Part shown: positions 44,211-57,719 of the stretch, in pieces
How the letters are laid out: every line of letters starts with the position of its first letter
How positions within the stretch are numbered: position 1 is the first letter of the stretch
Assembly (NCBI GenBank): GCA_964291395.2
Contig: OZ219856.1
Span: 1,312,001 to 1,376,000, forward strand
Length of the DNA: 64,000 nucleotides
Direction: 5' to 3'
Source of the DNA: Alphaproteobacteria bacterium
GTDB lineage: Bacteria; Pseudomonadota; Alphaproteobacteria; UBA2966
Translations under genes and position numbers: made by a program
Notes under the pieces: model-generated
What the model was told of the DNA's origin: nothing
Databases searched by the model: none
Seen by the model: the letters and a program-made list of their open reading frames with translations, nothing else

Positions 44211-46266
44211 ATGCTCACGGTCACGATCGATGGTGTGGAAGTCGAGGTCGAAGTCGGCGCGACCGTTCTTCAGGCGTGCGAACAAGCTGGCAAGGAAATT
44301 CCCCGGTTCTGCTACCACGATCGGCTGAACATCGCGGGAAACTGCCGGATGTGTTTGGTGGAAATGGAGAACTCCCCCAAACCTATCGCCTCGTGCGCGA
44401 TGCCGATCGGCGACGGCATGGTCATTCACACGAACACGCCCCAGGTTCGGAAGGCGCGCGAAGGGGTGATGGAATTCCTGCTGATCAACCACCCGCTCGA
44501 CTGTCCCATATGCGACCAGGGCGGGGAATGCGATTTGCAGGACCAGGCCATGGCCTACGGTCTAGACCATTCTCGGTATCGCGAAAACAAGCGGGCCGTA
44601 AAGGACAAGGATCTCGGTCCGCTGGTCAAGACGGTCATGACGCGCTGCATCCATTGCACGCGGTGTATTCGTTTCGCCACGGAAATTGCCGGTGTCGAAG
44701 AGCTGGGTGCTCTTGGACGCGGCGAGCACATGGAGATCAGCAATTACATCGAACGGGCGCTTACCTCTGAGCTTTCGGGCAACATCATCGATCTCTGTCC
44801 CGTCGGCGCGCTGACCTCGAAGCCGTATGCGTTCACGGCCCGGTCGTGGGAATTGAACACGACGGAGACGATCGACGCCCATGACGCCGTCGGCAGCAAC
44901 ATCCGCGTCGACTCTCGCGGCCGATCGGTCCTGCGTGTGTTGCCTCGCCTTCACGAAGACGTCAATGAAGAGTGGCTCTCCGACAAGGCCCGTTTCGCCA
45001 ACGATGGTTTGCGGCGTCAGCGCCTGGATCGTCCCTATGTCCGTTGCGATGGTCGCCTGCAGCCGTCGACTTGGGATGACGCTTTTTCCACGATCGCCGA
45101 TCGCCTGAAGGCCACGAACGGGGATCGCATCGCGGCCATCGCCGGTGACATGGCCTGCGCAGAGTCCATGATTGCCCTGAAGGATCTGATGACGGCACTG
45201 GGGTCACCCCATGTCGATTGTCGGCAGGACGGTGCGAAGTTGGAGACCGAGGTCCGGGCTTCCTATTTGTTCAATACGACGATCGCCGGAATCGAAGATG
45301 CGGACGCATGCCTTCTGATCGGAACGAATCCGCGCTGGGAAGCCGCGCTCGTCAACGCCCGATTGCGCAAGCGCTATCTCGCCGGCGGATTCCGCATTCT
45401 TTCCGTAGGCCCCGAACTTGACCTGACCTTTCCGGTGGAGACCCTCGGCGGTGGACCCGATGCGCTGGCGGCGCTGGCCGATGGTTCCCTTTCGTCAAGT
45501 GCGGTGCTGAGCAATGTCGAGCGGCCCATGCTCATTCTGGGGCAGGGCGCTCTCGCTCGATTTGATGGTTCCGCGATCCTCGGCGCCGCGCGGCGCATCG
45601 CCGAGCGATGCAACATGGTGCAGGATGGCTGGAACGGCTTCAACGTCTTGCACACGGCCGCCGCCCGAGTGGCGGGCCTCGACCTGGGAATGGTTCCGGA
45701 ACAGGGTGGGCGAGATGTGTCCGGTATCCTGGAAGGAGCCGGAAACGGCGACCTTGATGCCGTATTTCTGTTGGGCGCGGACGAGATCGATACGAGTGAC
45801 TTGGGGGACGCCTTCGTCATCTACCTCGGACATCACGGTGATGCGGGTGCGAACCGGGCCGATGTGGTCCTTCCCGGCGCGGCTTACGTCGAAAAGAATG
45901 CTACGTGGGTGAACACCGAAGGTCGTGCGCAGCTTGGCCAACGTGCCGTGTTTCCTCCCGGCGATGCTCGTGAGGATTGGGCTGTCGTTCGGGCCTTGTC
46001 GGAGGTGGTCGGCCGCACGCTCCCCTACGATGATCTTGCTTCCGTTCGGGCACGCTTGGCGGAAATAGCTCCAGTGCTCGGATCGCCCGACGAGATTAGG
46101 CCCGCGACATGGGGGGCGTTCGGAACGGATGGCGCGATGAATTCGGATCCGTTCGCGAACCCGGTCTCCGACTTCTATATGACCAATGCCATCTGCAGGG
46201 CGTCCGAGACGATGGCGGCCTGTAGCGCGCAGATTCTCGGTGCCGGCCCGCGAGACACTGGCGCCC

Positions 46267-46274
<8 letters not shown>
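44211..46274 (+). CDS. nuoG: NADH-quinone oxidoreductase subunit G
   Basis: [43 protein letters not shown]. Confidence 0.97.
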
Positions 46275-47277
<1,003 letters not shown>

Positions 47278-47289
47278 GAGCGATCGGAA

Positions 47290-47778
47290 ATGATTTTCAA
47301 AAGTCACGTTGCACGTACTGCGCTGCTCTCGGAGTTGTGTTTCGGGATGTATGTCACGTTCAAAGCGATGTTCAGGCGGCGGGCAACGCTCAACTATCCG
47401 TATGAGAAGGGATACCTCAGCCCCAGATTTCGCGGGGAGCACGCGCTGAGACGGTACGCCAATGGTGAGGAGCGCTGTATCGCTTGCAAACTGTGCGAGG
47501 CCGTGTGCCCTGCGCAGGCGATCACTATCGAGGCCGAACCTCGCGAAGACGGAAGCCGGCGCGCGACGCGCTACGACATCGACATGACCAAATGCATCTA
47601 CTGTGGCTACTGCCAGGAGGCCTGTCCGGTCGATGCCATTGTCGAGGGTCCGAACTTCGAATTCGCGACGGAGAGCCGTGAGGAGCTCTTGTACAACAAG
47701 GAGAAGTTGCTCGCGAACGGAGACCGATGGGAACGTGAAATCGCGGCTAATCTTGCTGCGGATGCTCCATACCGTTGA
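47290..47778 (+). CDS. nuoI: NADH-quinone oxidoreductase subunit I
   Basis: [12 protein letters not shown] and [12 protein letters not shown]. Confidence 0.97.
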   Translation: MIFKSHVARTALLSELCFGMYVTFKAMFRRRATLNYPYEKGYLSPRFRGEHALRRYANGEERCIACKLCEAVCPAQAITIEAEPREDGSRRATRYDIDMTKCIYCGYCQEACPVDAIVEGPNFEFATESREELLYNKEKLLANGDRWEREIAANLAADAPYR

Positions 47779-47838
47779 TGGCCGTCACCTGACCGTTATC
47801 CGGAACCGCTTCTCACCCGCATCGAAGTCGCTTCACGA

Positions 47839-48453
47839 ATGATCGTCCAAGCGCTCACCTTCTACCTGCTGGCCGGTGTCACTCTTGCGTCCGGCGTCAT
47901 GGTGATCTCGGCCCGGAATCCCGTGCATTCGGTGCTGTTCCTGATTCTGGCCTTTTTCAGTTCCGCCGGTCTGTTCGTGCTGATGGGGGCCGAGTTCCTG
48001 GCGATGATAATGGTCATTGTCTACGTGGGCGCGGTCGCCGTCCTGTTCCTGTTTGTCGTGATGATGCTCGACATCAACTTCGCCGAACTGCGTCAGGGCT
48101 TTCTGCAGTATCTGCCGGTCGGCGGATTGGTTGGATTGATCATGCTGGTGGAGCTGCTGCTGGTCCTGGGTGGTTGGGTGATCCAACCTCAGGCGACCGC
48201 CGTGGCGGCCGCACCGACGCCGGTGATCGCGAATGTCTCCAACACGGAGGCACTGGGATCGCTGCTTTACACGCGCTACGTCTACCTGTTTCAGGCTGCG
48301 GGCATGGTGCTCCTGATCGCCATGGTCGGCGCCATCGTCCTCACGCTTCGAACCAGGTCGGGGGTGCGCAAACAGTCCATCTCGCGGCAGGTTTCCCGGC
48401 GCCGGGATGACGCGGTTGAGGTAAAGGAAGTGGCGCCGGGGAGCGGTATCTGA
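47839..48453 (+). CDS. nuoJ: NADH-quinone oxidoreductase subunit J
   Basis: [24 protein letters not shown]. Confidence 0.96.
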   Translation: MIVQALTFYLLAGVTLASGVMVISARNPVHSVLFLILAFFSSAGLFVLMGAEFLAMIMVIVYVGAVAVLFLFVVMMLDINFAELRQGFLQYLPVGGLVGLIMLVELLLVLGGWVIQPQATAVAAAPTPVIANVSNTEALGSLLYTRYVYLFQAAGMVLLIAMVGAIVLTLRTRSGVRKQSISRQVSRRRDDAVEVKEVAPGSGI

Positions 48454-48761
48454 TGGCAGTCGCCCTCGGTCACTATCTCACGGTCGCGGCGATTCTCTTC
48501 ACGCTGGGGATCTTCGGCATTTTCCTGAATCGGAAGAACGTCATCATCATTCTGATGTCGATCGAATTGATGTTGCTCGCGGTCAACATCAACCTCGTCG
48601 CTTTTTCGACCCATCTCGATGATCTGGTGGGACAGGTCTTCGCCATGTTCGTGCTGACCGTGGCTGCCGCGGAGGCTGCCATCGGCCTTGCCATCCTCGT
48701 CGTCTATTTCCGAAACCGCGGAACGATCGCGGTCGAGGATATCAACATGATGAAGGGCTGA
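48453..48761 (+). CDS. nuoK: NADH-quinone oxidoreductase subunit K
   Basis: [19 protein letters not shown]. Confidence 0.96.
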   Translation: MAVALGHYLTVAAILFTLGIFGIFLNRKNVIIILMSIELMLLAVNINLVAFSTHLDDLVGQVFAMFVLTVAAAEAAIGLAILVVYFRNRGTIAVEDINMMKG

Positions 48762-48765
48762 CGGG

Positions 48766-50697
48766 ATGTTGCACGCTGCACTGGTCTTCGCTCCGCTCTT
48801 CGGTGCCATCTCCGCCGGCCTGTTCGGTCGGGTGCTGGGTGACAACGCATCGCGCTTGATCTCGTGCGGCTTCATGACCGTGTCGGCTCTGATCTCGATT
48901 GTCGTCTTCTATCAGGTCGCTATTGAGCACGACACGGTCGTCGTCGAATTGATGACGTGGATGGACTCCGGGGCGTTCGAGGTTGCCTGGGCCCTGCGGT
49001 TCGACGAGCTAACCGCCGTTATGACCCTTGTCGTGGCCGTCGTGTCGTGCCTGATCCATTGGTACTCCATCGGCTATATGTCGCACGACCCGCATATCCC
49101 GAGGTTCTTCGCCTACCTGTCGCTGTTCACCTTCGCCATGCTGATGCTGGTGACGGCGGACAACTTCCTGCAGATGTTCTTCGGCTGGGAAGGCGTCGGT
49201 CTTTGCTCCTACCTTCTGATCGGATTCTGGTTCGACCGTCCGTCGGCCAATGCCGCCGCCATCAAGGCGTTCGTCGTCAATCGCGTCGGCGACTTCGGCT
49301 TCGCCCTCGGCATCATGGCGATCTTCCTCGTTTTCGAGTCCGTGGATTTCGCTACCGTGTTTAGTGCCGCGCCCGACGTCGCGGGAAGTTCCATCGTCTT
49401 CCTCGGTTCGGAGTTCGATACGCTCACGGTGATCACACTCCTGCTGTTCGTGGGCGCGATGGGCAAGTCGGCGCAACTAGGACTGCACACTTGGCTGCCC
49501 GACGCGATGGAAGGTCCGACACCGGTCTCCGCGCTGATCCATGCTGCCACGATGGTGACGGCCGGCGTGTTCATGGTGGCGCGGTGTTCGCCTCTCTTCG
49601 AATACGCACCCGACACGCTGGTGGTCATTGCGGTCGTCGGTGCGTCGACCGCGTTCTTCGCCGCAACGGTGGGTCTGGTCCAGAACGACATCAAGCGGGT
49701 TATCGCCTATTCGACCTGCAGCCAGCTGGGCTACATGTTCTTTGCTGTGGGGGTCTCGGCGTATTCGGCGGCCATCTTCCATCTGACGACCCACGCGTTC
49801 TTCAAGGCCCTGCTGTTCCTTGGCGCAGGTTCCGTCATTCATGCGATGGCCGATGAGCAAGACATGCGCAAGATGGGCGGCATTTTCACGCTGCTGCCTC
49901 TGACCTACACGGTCATGTGGATCGGCTCGCTGGCGTTGGCGGGCATTCCGTTCTTCGCGGGTTTCTATTCAAAGGACATCATCCTCGAGGCGGCCTACGC
50001 CGACGCCTCGGGCTTCGGCAACTACGCTTTTACGTTGGGTGTCGTCGTGGCATTCCTGACCGCTTTCTATTCATGGCGCCTCCTGTTCATGACCTTCCAC
50101 GGTCGAGCCCGCGCGGAAGAAAGCGTCATGGCACACGTCCACGAAGCACCAAAAATCATGATGATCCCGCTGCTCCTATTGTCTCTGGGCGCCCTATTCG
50201 CAGGCTTCGTCGCGTATGGCGCCATGGTGGGCGAGGGAAGCGGCTTCTGGGGCGGTTCGTTGTTTGTTCTGCCGGAGAACGACACGGTCGCGGCGGCTCA
50301 TCACGTACCGTTCTGGGTGAAGGCGTTGCCCACGGTTCTCGCGGTCGCGGGTATCGGGGTCGCCTGGTGGCTTTACATTGCCAGGCCGGACATACCCCAC
50401 GCGATCGCGACAATGCACCGTCCGATCTACGCTTTCCTTTTGAACAAGTGGTATTTCGACGAGCTTTATGACCTCGTCTTCGTGCGGCCGGCGAAACTGA
50501 TCGGCAAAACACTTTGGCGCGGCGGCGACGGTCGCGTCATCGACGGTTTCGGGCCGGACGGCATTTCCGCTACTGTCGTCCGTCTGGCCCGCCGAGCCGC
50601 GCAATTGCAAACCGGTTACGTGTACCACTACGCGTTCGCGATGCTGATCGGCGTCGTGGGCTTCGTGTCCTGGTATTTCTATGCGATCGGGAGCTAG
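48766..50697 (+). CDS. nuoL: NADH-quinone oxidoreductase subunit L
   Basis: GWEGVG, GKSAQ, WLPDAMEGPTPVSALIHAATMV, HAFFKALLFL. Confidence 0.97.
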   Translation: MLHAALVFAPLFGAISAGLFGRVLGDNASRLISCGFMTVSALISIVVFYQVAIEHDTVVVELMTWMDSGAFEVAWALRFDELTAVMTLVVAVVSCLIHWYSIGYMSHDPHIPRFFAYLSLFTFAMLMLVTADNFLQMFFGWEGVGLCSYLLIGFWFDRPSANAAAIKAFVVNRVGDFGFALGIMAIFLVFESVDFATVFSAAPDVAGSSIVFLGSEFDTLTVITLLLFVGAMGKSAQLGLHTWLPDAMEGPTPVSALIHAATMVTAGVFMVARCSPLFEYAPDTLVVIAVVGASTAFFAATVGLVQNDIKRVIAYSTCSQLGYMFFAVGVSAYSAAIFHLTTHAFFKALLFLGAGSVIHAMADEQDMRKMGGIFTLLPLTYTVMWIGSLALAGIPFFAGFYSKDIILEAAYADASGFGNYAFTLGVVVAFLTAFYSWRLLFMTFHGRARAEESVMAHVHEAPKIMMIPLLLLSLGALFAGFVAYGAMVGEGSGFWGGSLFVLPENDTVAAAHHVPFWVKALPTVLAVAGIGVAWWLYIARPDIPHAIATMHRPIYAFLLNKWYFDELYDLVFVRPAKLIGKTLWRGGDGRVIDGFGPDGISATVVRLARRAAQLQTGYVYHYAFAMLIGVVGFVSWYFYAIGS

Positions 50698-50700
50698 AAC

Positions 50701-52212
50701 GTGATCGACTTTCCGCTCCTGTCCCTGGTCACCTTCCTGCCGACAGTCGGCGCGGCGTTCATCCTGCTGATCCGTGGCGAAGAGGAAGTCGTCGCGCGCA
50801 ACGCGCGCTGGGTGGCGATGTGGACGACGGTGATGACGTTCGGTGCATCGCTCGTCATCTGGTTCTGGTTCAACCCGTCGACGGCAGAGTTTCAGTTTGT
50901 CGAGAAGAAGGCGTGGATCGGCAGTGGAATCAATTACCACATGGGCGTCGACGGTATTTCGATGCTCTTCGTTCTCCTGACCACGCTGCTCACGCCTCTC
51001 TGCATCCTTGCCAGTTGGGAAGCGATCTCGTCTCGCGTCAAGGAGTACATGATCGCCTTCCTGATCATGGAAACCATGATGATCGGCGTGTTCTGTGCCC
51101 TTGATTTCGTGGTCTTCTACTTGTTCTTCGAGGGCGGCCTCATCCCCATGTTCCTGATCATCGGTGTGTGGGGCGGAGAGCGACGCGTCTATGCGACGTT
51201 CAAATTCTTCCTCTATACCCTGCTGGGATCCGTGCTCATGCTGCTCGCGATCCTGGCGATGTACCTGAAGGTCGGTACCACGGATATTCCGACGTTGATG
51301 AGCGCCGGGTTCGATGTCTCATGGCAGCAATGGTTATGGCTAGCCTTCTTCGCGGCGTTCGCCGTGAAAATTCCCATGTGGCCGGTCCACACGTGGCTTC
51401 CCGACGCCCATGTCGAGGCACCGACCGCGGGCTCGGTGATCCTTGCGGGGGTCTTGCTGAAGATCGGCGGCTACGGGTTCCTCAGATTCTCGATCCCCAT
51501 GCTACCGGAGGCGACAGAGTTCTTCACGCCCCTCATATACGCGCTGTCGGTGGTCGCTATCATCTACACGTCCCTCGTCGCGCTCATGCAGGAAGACATG
51601 AAAAAGCTCATTGCGTATTCGTCCGTCGCGCACATGGGATTTGTAACGATCGGCATTTTCACGTTTACAACGCAGGGAATCGAGGGCGGCATGATGGTAA
51701 TGCTCAGCCATGGGCTCGTGTCAGCCGCACTCTTCCTGATCGTCGGAGTCGTCTACGATCGGATGCATACGCGCGAGATCGCTCGATATGGTGGTCTGGT
51801 TCATCGCATGCCCATCTACGCGGCGATATTCATGATCATCGCACTGGCCAACGTGGGTCTACCCGGCACCAGCGGTTTTGTGGGAGAGTTCCTCGTACTG
51901 GTCGGTATTTTCCGCGTGGATACCTGGGTGGCATTCCTGGCAACGACCGGAGTCATTCTCAGCGTCGCCTACACGCTCTGGCTCTATCGCCGGGTGATCT
52001 ACGGGAAGTTGGAAAAGGTCGAGTTGAGGGAAATTCTCGATCTCAACCGGCGAGAAATCGCCGTCTTCACGCCGCTGGTCGTTCTCGTGCTCTTCTTTGG
52101 CGTCTATCCAGAACCGCTGCTCGATGTCATGCACGTTTCCGTGGCGAATCTTATCCAGAGCCACGAAGTGGCCGTGAACGGCAGCAACGCCGTCGCCCAG
52201 ATGGGTCGGTAA
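50701..52212 (+). CDS. nuoM: NADH-quinone oxidoreductase subunit M
   Basis: [34 protein letters not shown]. Confidence 0.97.
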   Translation: MIDFPLLSLVTFLPTVGAAFILLIRGEEEVVARNARWVAMWTTVMTFGASLVIWFWFNPSTAEFQFVEKKAWIGSGINYHMGVDGISMLFVLLTTLLTPLCILASWEAISSRVKEYMIAFLIMETMMIGVFCALDFVVFYLFFEGGLIPMFLIIGVWGGERRVYATFKFFLYTLLGSVLMLLAILAMYLKVGTTDIPTLMSAGFDVSWQQWLWLAFFAAFAVKIPMWPVHTWLPDAHVEAPTAGSVILAGVLLKIGGYGFLRFSIPMLPEATEFFTPLIYALSVVAIIYTSLVALMQEDMKKLIAYSSVAHMGFVTIGIFTFTTQGIEGGMMVMLSHGLVSAALFLIVGVVYDRMHTREIARYGGLVHRMPIYAAIFMIIALANVGLPGTSGFVGEFLVLVGIFRVDTWVAFLATTGVILSVAYTLWLYRRVIYGKLEKVELREILDLNRREIAVFTPLVVLVLFFGVYPEPLLDVMHVSVANLIQSHEVAVNGSNAVAQMGR

Positions 52213-52226
52213 TCGAGGGCTGACGG

Positions 52227-53678
52227 ATGCCGGTGGTACACATCGTCCCCGACGTGATGCCGGCCCTGCCCGAGGTGATTCTCGCGGTCGCGGCCATGGT
52301 GCTGCTGATGCTGGGCGTTTTCCGGGGCGACCAGTCGACTCGGACCGTGTCATGGCTCGCCGTCGTGACAATGGTAGTTGTGGGGTTCTTTGTGATCGCA
52401 GGTCCTTCGGACGGGGCCGTGACGTTTGCGGGCATGTTTGTCGTCGATCAGTTCGCCGTCTACATGAAGGTGCTGGTGCTGATCGGCTCGGCACTGGCCG
52501 TCGTCATGTCGTTTGGGTACATCCGGGACGAAGGCATGGAGCGGTTCGAGTTCCCCGTCCTCCTGGTTCTCGCCACCCTCGGCATGCTCATGATGATCTC
52601 GGCGAACGATCTCATGGCACTCTATCTGGGACTCGAACTCCAGAGCCTCGCACTCTATGTGGTTGCGGCGTTCAAGCGCGGGTCCCTGCGTAGCACTGAG
52701 GCGGGGTTGAAATACTTCGTGCTCGGGGCACTGTCATCAGGCATGCTGCTTTATGGATGCTCGCTGATTTATGGGATGACGGGCGCCACCAGCTTTGCCG
52801 TCCTCAACGCCGCATTGAGCAGCGGAGGTGACGTACCGATTGGACTCGTCATCGGGCTCGTGTTTCTCATCTCGGGATTGGCGTTCAAGGTCTCGGCAGT
52901 GCCGTTCCACATGTGGACGCCCGATGTCTATGAAGGTGCCCCGACACCGATCACGGCGTTCTTCGCCGTCGCACCCAAGATTGCGGCGGTCGCGTTGTTC
53001 CTCCGGGTCATGATGTCTCCGTTTGGCGGCCTGATATCGGAATGGCAGCAGGTCATCATCGTCGTCTCTATCGCCTCCATGGTGCTCGGTGCTTTTGCCG
53101 CAATTTGGCAGGACAACATCAAACGCCTGATGGCCTACAGTTCGATCGGCCACATGGGTTATGCGCTCGTGGGCCTCGCATCGGCGACCGAAGAGGGGAT
53201 GCGCGGCACGATCATCTACATGACGATATATCTCGCCATGAACATCGGGACGTTTGCCGTGATTCTCAACATGAAGCGTGCGGGGGCTATGGTTGAAGGA
53301 ATACACGATCTGGCCGGACTCGCCCGATCGAGGCCCTTGATGGCGCTGGCGATGGGAGTCTTCATGTTCTCGCTTGCCGGCATTCCGCCGTTGGCGGGGT
53401 TTTTCGCGAAGCTTTACGTATTCCTGGCGGCTGTGAACGCGGAACTCTACGCCCTCGCCGTTATCGGTGTGCTGGCGAGCGTGGTCGGTGCGTTCTACTA
53501 TTTGCGCATTATCAAGATCATGTATTTCGATGCGCCGTCCGAGGTTATGGATGCACCGGTGGCAATGGAAATGCGAATCATCCTCTCCGTCGCGGCCGTC
53601 TTCACCCTGTTCTTCTTCATCTACCCTGCACCGTTCCTTGCCGGTGCACAGGCGGCTGCTCTGGCCCTTGTTCAGTGA
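52227..53678 (+). CDS. nuoN: NADH-quinone oxidoreductase subunit N
   Basis: [39 protein letters not shown]. Confidence 0.97.
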   Translation: MPVVHIVPDVMPALPEVILAVAAMVLLMLGVFRGDQSTRTVSWLAVVTMVVVGFFVIAGPSDGAVTFAGMFVVDQFAVYMKVLVLIGSALAVVMSFGYIRDEGMERFEFPVLLVLATLGMLMMISANDLMALYLGLELQSLALYVVAAFKRGSLRSTEAGLKYFVLGALSSGMLLYGCSLIYGMTGATSFAVLNAALSSGGDVPIGLVIGLVFLISGLAFKVSAVPFHMWTPDVYEGAPTPITAFFAVAPKIAAVALFLRVMMSPFGGLISEWQQVIIVVSIASMVLGAFAAIWQDNIKRLMAYSSIGHMGYALVGLASATEEGMRGTIIYMTIYLAMNIGTFAVILNMKRAGAMVEGIHDLAGLARSRPLMALAMGVFMFSLAGIPPLAGFFAKLYVFLAAVNAELYALAVIGVLASVVGAFYYLRIIKIMYFDAPSEVMDAPVAMEMRIILSVAAVFTLFFFIYPAPFLAGAQAAALALVQ

Positions 53679-53702
53679 TGCGTTGCAACGTCGCGTAACC
53701 GC

Positions 53703-54470
53703 ATGAGCGCTCCGAGCTCCGGCGCTGATCCGCGCCTTCCCGAGTTCTATTCGCTGATCGCCCTCGAGTCGGTCAGCAGCACCAACGACGAGGCGCGCAA
53801 CTTTGCTGAGAACGGGGCGCCGGCGGGCACGATTGTTTGGGCGAAGCAACAGACGGCCGGCCGTGGTCGGCGAGGGCGAGTGTGGAATTCACCGATCGGA
53901 AACCTCTATTGTTCAGTCATTCTTAGGCCGCCAGTCAGCCCCACGATGGCGGCGCAGCTTTCCTTCGTGACGGCTCTGGCCTTGGGAGAAGGCATTCGGG
54001 AATTTCTGCCTTCTGGTGCCGTGGTGCAGTACAAGTGGCCCAATGATGTACTCATCGATGGCAAGAAGTTCGCGGGAATTCTGCTGGAATCTCAGATCGG
54101 TGAAGAGGGTATGCTGGATTGGGTGCTGATCGGTACGGGCGTCAACGTCGGCAGCTTTCCCTCCGATACGGAGCGGCCCGCAACCAGCTTGAACCAAGCG
54201 GGGGCAGAACTGTCCGTTGTCGACGTCCTGACAGCATATGCGCAATCATTGTGGTCGTGGTTTGCTCTCTGGCAGAGGGACGGATTCGAACCGATCCGCG
54301 AGACTTGGCTGGGGAGGGCGGCGGGTCTGGGAGAGACCATCGAAGTGCGGCTACCCAACGAGATGCTGAGCGGTACATTCGACGCCCTTGATACCTCCGG
54401 CTCTCTCGTTCTACTCACGTCACATGGACGGCAGATCATTTCCGCCGGTGAGGTATTCGTCGGGCCGTAG
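53703..54470 (+). CDS. birA: Biotin--[acetyl-CoA carboxylase] ligase (no HTH domain)
   Basis: SSTND, QTAGRGRRGR, KWPNDV, KFAGILLE. Confidence 0.95.
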   Translation: MSAPSSGADPRLPEFYSLIALESVSSTNDEARNFAENGAPAGTIVWAKQQTAGRGRRGRVWNSPIGNLYCSVILRPPVSPTMAAQLSFVTALALGEGIREFLPSGAVVQYKWPNDVLIDGKKFAGILLESQIGEEGMLDWVLIGTGVNVGSFPSDTERPATSLNQAGAELSVVDVLTAYAQSLWSWFALWQRDGFEPIRETWLGRAAGLGETIEVRLPNEMLSGTFDALDTSGSLVLLTSHGRQIISAGEVFVGP

Positions 54471-54498
54471 AAATGCGATAGGCAATGGGTGACGGACC

Positions 54499-55275
54499 GT
54501 GCTGCTAGCCATTGACGCAGGTAACACCAACACAGTCTTCGCTGTGATCGAGGGCGAGGACATCCGCTGCCAATGGCGTACGGCGACCACCGCATCGCGC
54601 ACGGCGGATGAATACGTGGTATGGCTGACGCAGTTGATGGACCTGGAGCGAATCCCTTCGTCTGACGTCGGCGAAGCAATCATTTCCACCGTCGTGCCCC
54701 AGGCTCTCTACGATCTGCGCAGGTTGTGCCGCGACTATTTCGGATGCGAGCCTTTGGTGGTGGGAGAAGGCGTTGAATTAGGAATCAAGGTTCTCCTTGA
54801 GCGTTCGACCGAGGTAGGCGCCGACCGTCTGGTGAATGCCGTCGCGGCAGGCGACAGGTATGGCGGTCCCTTGATCGCCGTTGATTTCGGAACGGCCACG
54901 ACGTTCGATGTCGCCGATGCCAACGGAGACTACCGGGGTGGTGTGATTGCGCCCGGAGTGCATCTAAGTCTCGAAGCGCTCCATATGGCGGCCGCAAAAC
55001 TGCCCCACATCGCGGTTGAAAGACCACCCCGTGTGGTTGGCGACGGAACTTTGGAGGCCATGCAGTCCGGCGTTTATTGGGGCTATATCAGTTTGATCGA
55101 GGGCATTGTTGGCCGGATACGGGAGGAGTTCTCGGAGACCAACACCTCGGAGATGAAAGTCATCGCCACCGGCGGGTTGGCGCCATTATTCGCTGGTGGG
55201 ACGGACGTGATCGAACACGTGGATCCGGATCTTACGATCCGAGGCCTGCAGTTGCTGCACAAACGTAATTCCTAG
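54499..55275 (+). CDS. coaX: Type III pantothenate kinase
   Basis: LLAIDAGNTN, VGADR, DFGTATT, GGVIAPG, IATGG. Confidence 0.95.
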   Translation: MLLAIDAGNTNTVFAVIEGEDIRCQWRTATTASRTADEYVVWLTQLMDLERIPSSDVGEAIISTVVPQALYDLRRLCRDYFGCEPLVVGEGVELGIKVLLERSTEVGADRLVNAVAAGDRYGGPLIAVDFGTATTFDVADANGDYRGGVIAPGVHLSLEALHMAAAKLPHIAVERPPRVVGDGTLEAMQSGVYWGYISLIEGIVGRIREEFSETNTSEMKVIATGGLAPLFAGGTDVIEHVDPDLTIRGLQLLHKRNS

Positions 55276-55283
55276 AGCATCGC

Positions 55284-56957
55284 GTGACGCATCCGGAACA
55301 GGCGCTTCGCGACGAGCTGGTATTTCTGCCTCTGGGAGGGGCGGGGGAAATCGGTATGAACCTCAACCTGTATGGGTTCGGCGGGAAATGGATCATGGTC
55401 GACTGTGGCATTGCGTTTGCCGATGATTCCATGCCCGGTGTCGACGTCATTCTTCCTGATCCTCGGTTTATTGAAGAACGATCGGAGAATCTGCTGGGTC
55501 TGCTACTGACCCACGCTCACGAAGATCACATCGGTGCCATTCCCTATCTTTGGCCCCGGCTGAGATGTCCCGTCTACGCCACTCCGTTCACCTCGGCTCT
55601 GATCGCCGGAAAACTCGAGGAAGCCAGTCTTTCGGGCGACGTAACTCTCAACGTCGTTCCCATTTCCGGCTCGGTAACCCTTGGGGACTTCGACGTGCGG
55701 TACGTTCCCATCACCCACTCGATTCCCGAAGCTCATTCGCTGAGCATCAAGACACCCGTCGGAACCGTCGTTCACACGGGTGATTGGAAACTGGATCCGG
55801 TTCCCGTCGTCGGTAATGCGACGGATGCGGCGCCGTTCCGAGCACTCGGAGACAGTGGTGTGCTGGCGCTGGTCTGTGACTCGACCAACGTGTTCCGACC
55901 CGGCAACTCAGGTTCTGAACGGACCGTTCGGGAAAATGTGGAAGACATCGTCGCCAAGGCGGAAGGACGTGTCGCAGTCACCACGTTCGCGTCCAACGTG
56001 GCCCGGATCAAATCCGTCCTAGCCGTCGCCGAGGCATGTGATCGGCATGTGGTCCTGATCGGTCGCTCGATGTGGCGGACGGTGCACGCCGCGTGTGCGA
56101 CCGGATATCTGGGTTCGGGTATGGAGTTCCTCACCGATAGGGATGCCAGTTATCTGCCACCGGACAAAACCTTGCTGTTGTGCACCGGCTGCCAGGGCGA
56201 GCCACGCGGCGCTATGTCGAGAATTGCGTTCGGTGACCATCCGCATATTCAATTGGAGGTAGGGGATCTCGTGATCTTTTCCTCGAAGATCATTCCAGGG
56301 AACGAGCGGTCCATCGACCGGGTGCAAAACCAACTTATCTTGTCGGGCGTCGGTGTGATCACTGAAAAGGACTACCCGGTGCACACCTCAGGCCATCCCT
56401 CAAGGGGTGAACTCTGCGAGATGTACTCCTGGATACGTCCAGAACTGGCGGTCCCCGTTCACGGCGAAATCCGCCATTTGACAGAGCATGCGCAGTTTGC
56501 CCTGGACAACGGTGCGAAGAATTCCGTGGTTGTTCGGAACGGCGATGTACTGCGTCTGAGTCCGATCCCTGGAGCTATCGTCGGTCGCGTGCCGACAGGC
56601 CGATTGGCACTCGATGGACGCAAGCTCGTGGCTGAGGATTCGAGCAATCTGCAGATGCGCCGACGGCTGATGTTCAATGGGCTTATCGCCGTGACTATTG
56701 TACTGAACTCCAACGGACTAATTGAAACGCAACCGCGTATCCTCGTACGTGGCGTGCCCGGGACGGAAGACGCCAATTTCGAATCTGACGCCACCTCGCA
56801 ATTGGATCAGGAGCTGCGTGCTTTGCCGCGCGCCCGCCGCGCGGATGACGATGCCATCGATGATCTGGTTCGCCGTACGGTACGGCGTCTGCTCAAGCCT
56901 CTGACCTACGGCCGGCCGCCAATCGAAGTGGATATCATTCGACTGGACGCCATATGA
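55284..56957 (+). CDS. rnj: Ribonuclease J
   Basis: PLGGAGEIGMN, THAHEDHIG, HTGDWK, HTSGH, PVHGE. Confidence 0.95.
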   Translation: MTHPEQALRDELVFLPLGGAGEIGMNLNLYGFGGKWIMVDCGIAFADDSMPGVDVILPDPRFIEERSENLLGLLLTHAHEDHIGAIPYLWPRLRCPVYATPFTSALIAGKLEEASLSGDVTLNVVPISGSVTLGDFDVRYVPITHSIPEAHSLSIKTPVGTVVHTGDWKLDPVPVVGNATDAAPFRALGDSGVLALVCDSTNVFRPGNSGSERTVRENVEDIVAKAEGRVAVTTFASNVARIKSVLAVAEACDRHVVLIGRSMWRTVHAACATGYLGSGMEFLTDRDASYLPPDKTLLLCTGCQGEPRGAMSRIAFGDHPHIQLEVGDLVIFSSKIIPGNERSIDRVQNQLILSGVGVITEKDYPVHTSGHPSRGELCEMYSWIRPELAVPVHGEIRHLTEHAQFALDNGAKNSVVVRNGDVLRLSPIPGAIVGRVPTGRLALDGRKLVAEDSSNLQMRRRLMFNGLIAVTIVLNSNGLIETQPRILVRGVPGTEDANFESDATSQLDQELRALPRARRADDDAIDDLVRRTVRRLLKPLTYGRPPIEVDIIRLDAI

Positions 56958-57013
56958 AGGGAGGTGGACATGCAGAGTCCCATCGATAGGAGGCCACGGA
57001 TCCCCAGGACGCC

Positions 57014-57418
57014 ATGATTGACCGCCTTAACCACATTGCCATTGCCGTACCCGACTTGGAGGCCGCGGCTGATCAGTACCGTGACGTTTTGGGAGCACGG
57101 GTTTCGGAGCCGCAGGATCTTCCCCAGCACGGCGTCACTGTGATCTTCGTCGAGTTGCCGAATACCAAGATCGAGCTCCTGCACCCTCTCGGCGACGACT
57201 CACCGGTCGCTGGATTTCTCGAGCGAAATGTTGCGGGTGGCATCCATCACGTGTGCTATGAGGTCGATGACATCATTGCGGCACGAGATCATCTCGCGGC
57301 AAAGGGCGCCCGCGTTCTCGGGGACGGCGAACCCCGGATCGGCGCCCATGGAAAACCTGTGCTTTTCCTTCACCCCAAGGATTTTTGCGGAACGCTTGTC
57401 GAACTGGAACAGGCGTAA
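57014..57418 (+). CDS. mce: Methylmalonyl-CoA epimerase
   Basis: LNHIAIAV, KIELL, GGIHHVCYEV, FLHPKDFCGTLVELEQ. Confidence 0.94.
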   Translation: MIDRLNHIAIAVPDLEAAADQYRDVLGARVSEPQDLPQHGVTVIFVELPNTKIELLHPLGDDSPVAGFLERNVAGGIHHVCYEVDDIIAARDHLAAKGARVLGDGEPRIGAHGKPVLFLHPKDFCGTLVELEQA

Positions 57419-57427
57419 GGGATCCGC

Positions 57428-57670
57428 ATGAGCTGGACGAGCCTCGCTGCTACATATGCGATTGTCTGGTGGCTCGTGCTGTTTACGACATTGCCGTTCG
57501 GGGTCAGAACTCCTGACACGACTGAAGAGGGCATGGAGCGCGGTGCGCCCGAGAAGCCACGCATGTGGATCAAAGCGGGTGCGACAACAATCATTGCCGC
57601 CGTGATTACGGGCGTCGTTTGGGCGCTGTTCGAGCACAAGATCATCGATTTCCGCGCGGCTGCGGGTTAG
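57428..57670 (+). CDS. DUF1467-family small membrane protein
   Basis: Y.IVWWLVLF.TLPFGVR...GAP; conserved position after mce. Confidence 0.82.
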   Translation: MSWTSLAATYAIVWWLVLFTTLPFGVRTPDTTEEGMERGAPEKPRMWIKAGATTIIAAVITGVVWALFEHKIIDFRAAAG

Positions 57671-57719
57671 GTCAAGAGGCGCCGGGCGGTTGCGATGAGC
57701 GTCCGGCGCCCCAAGGCCC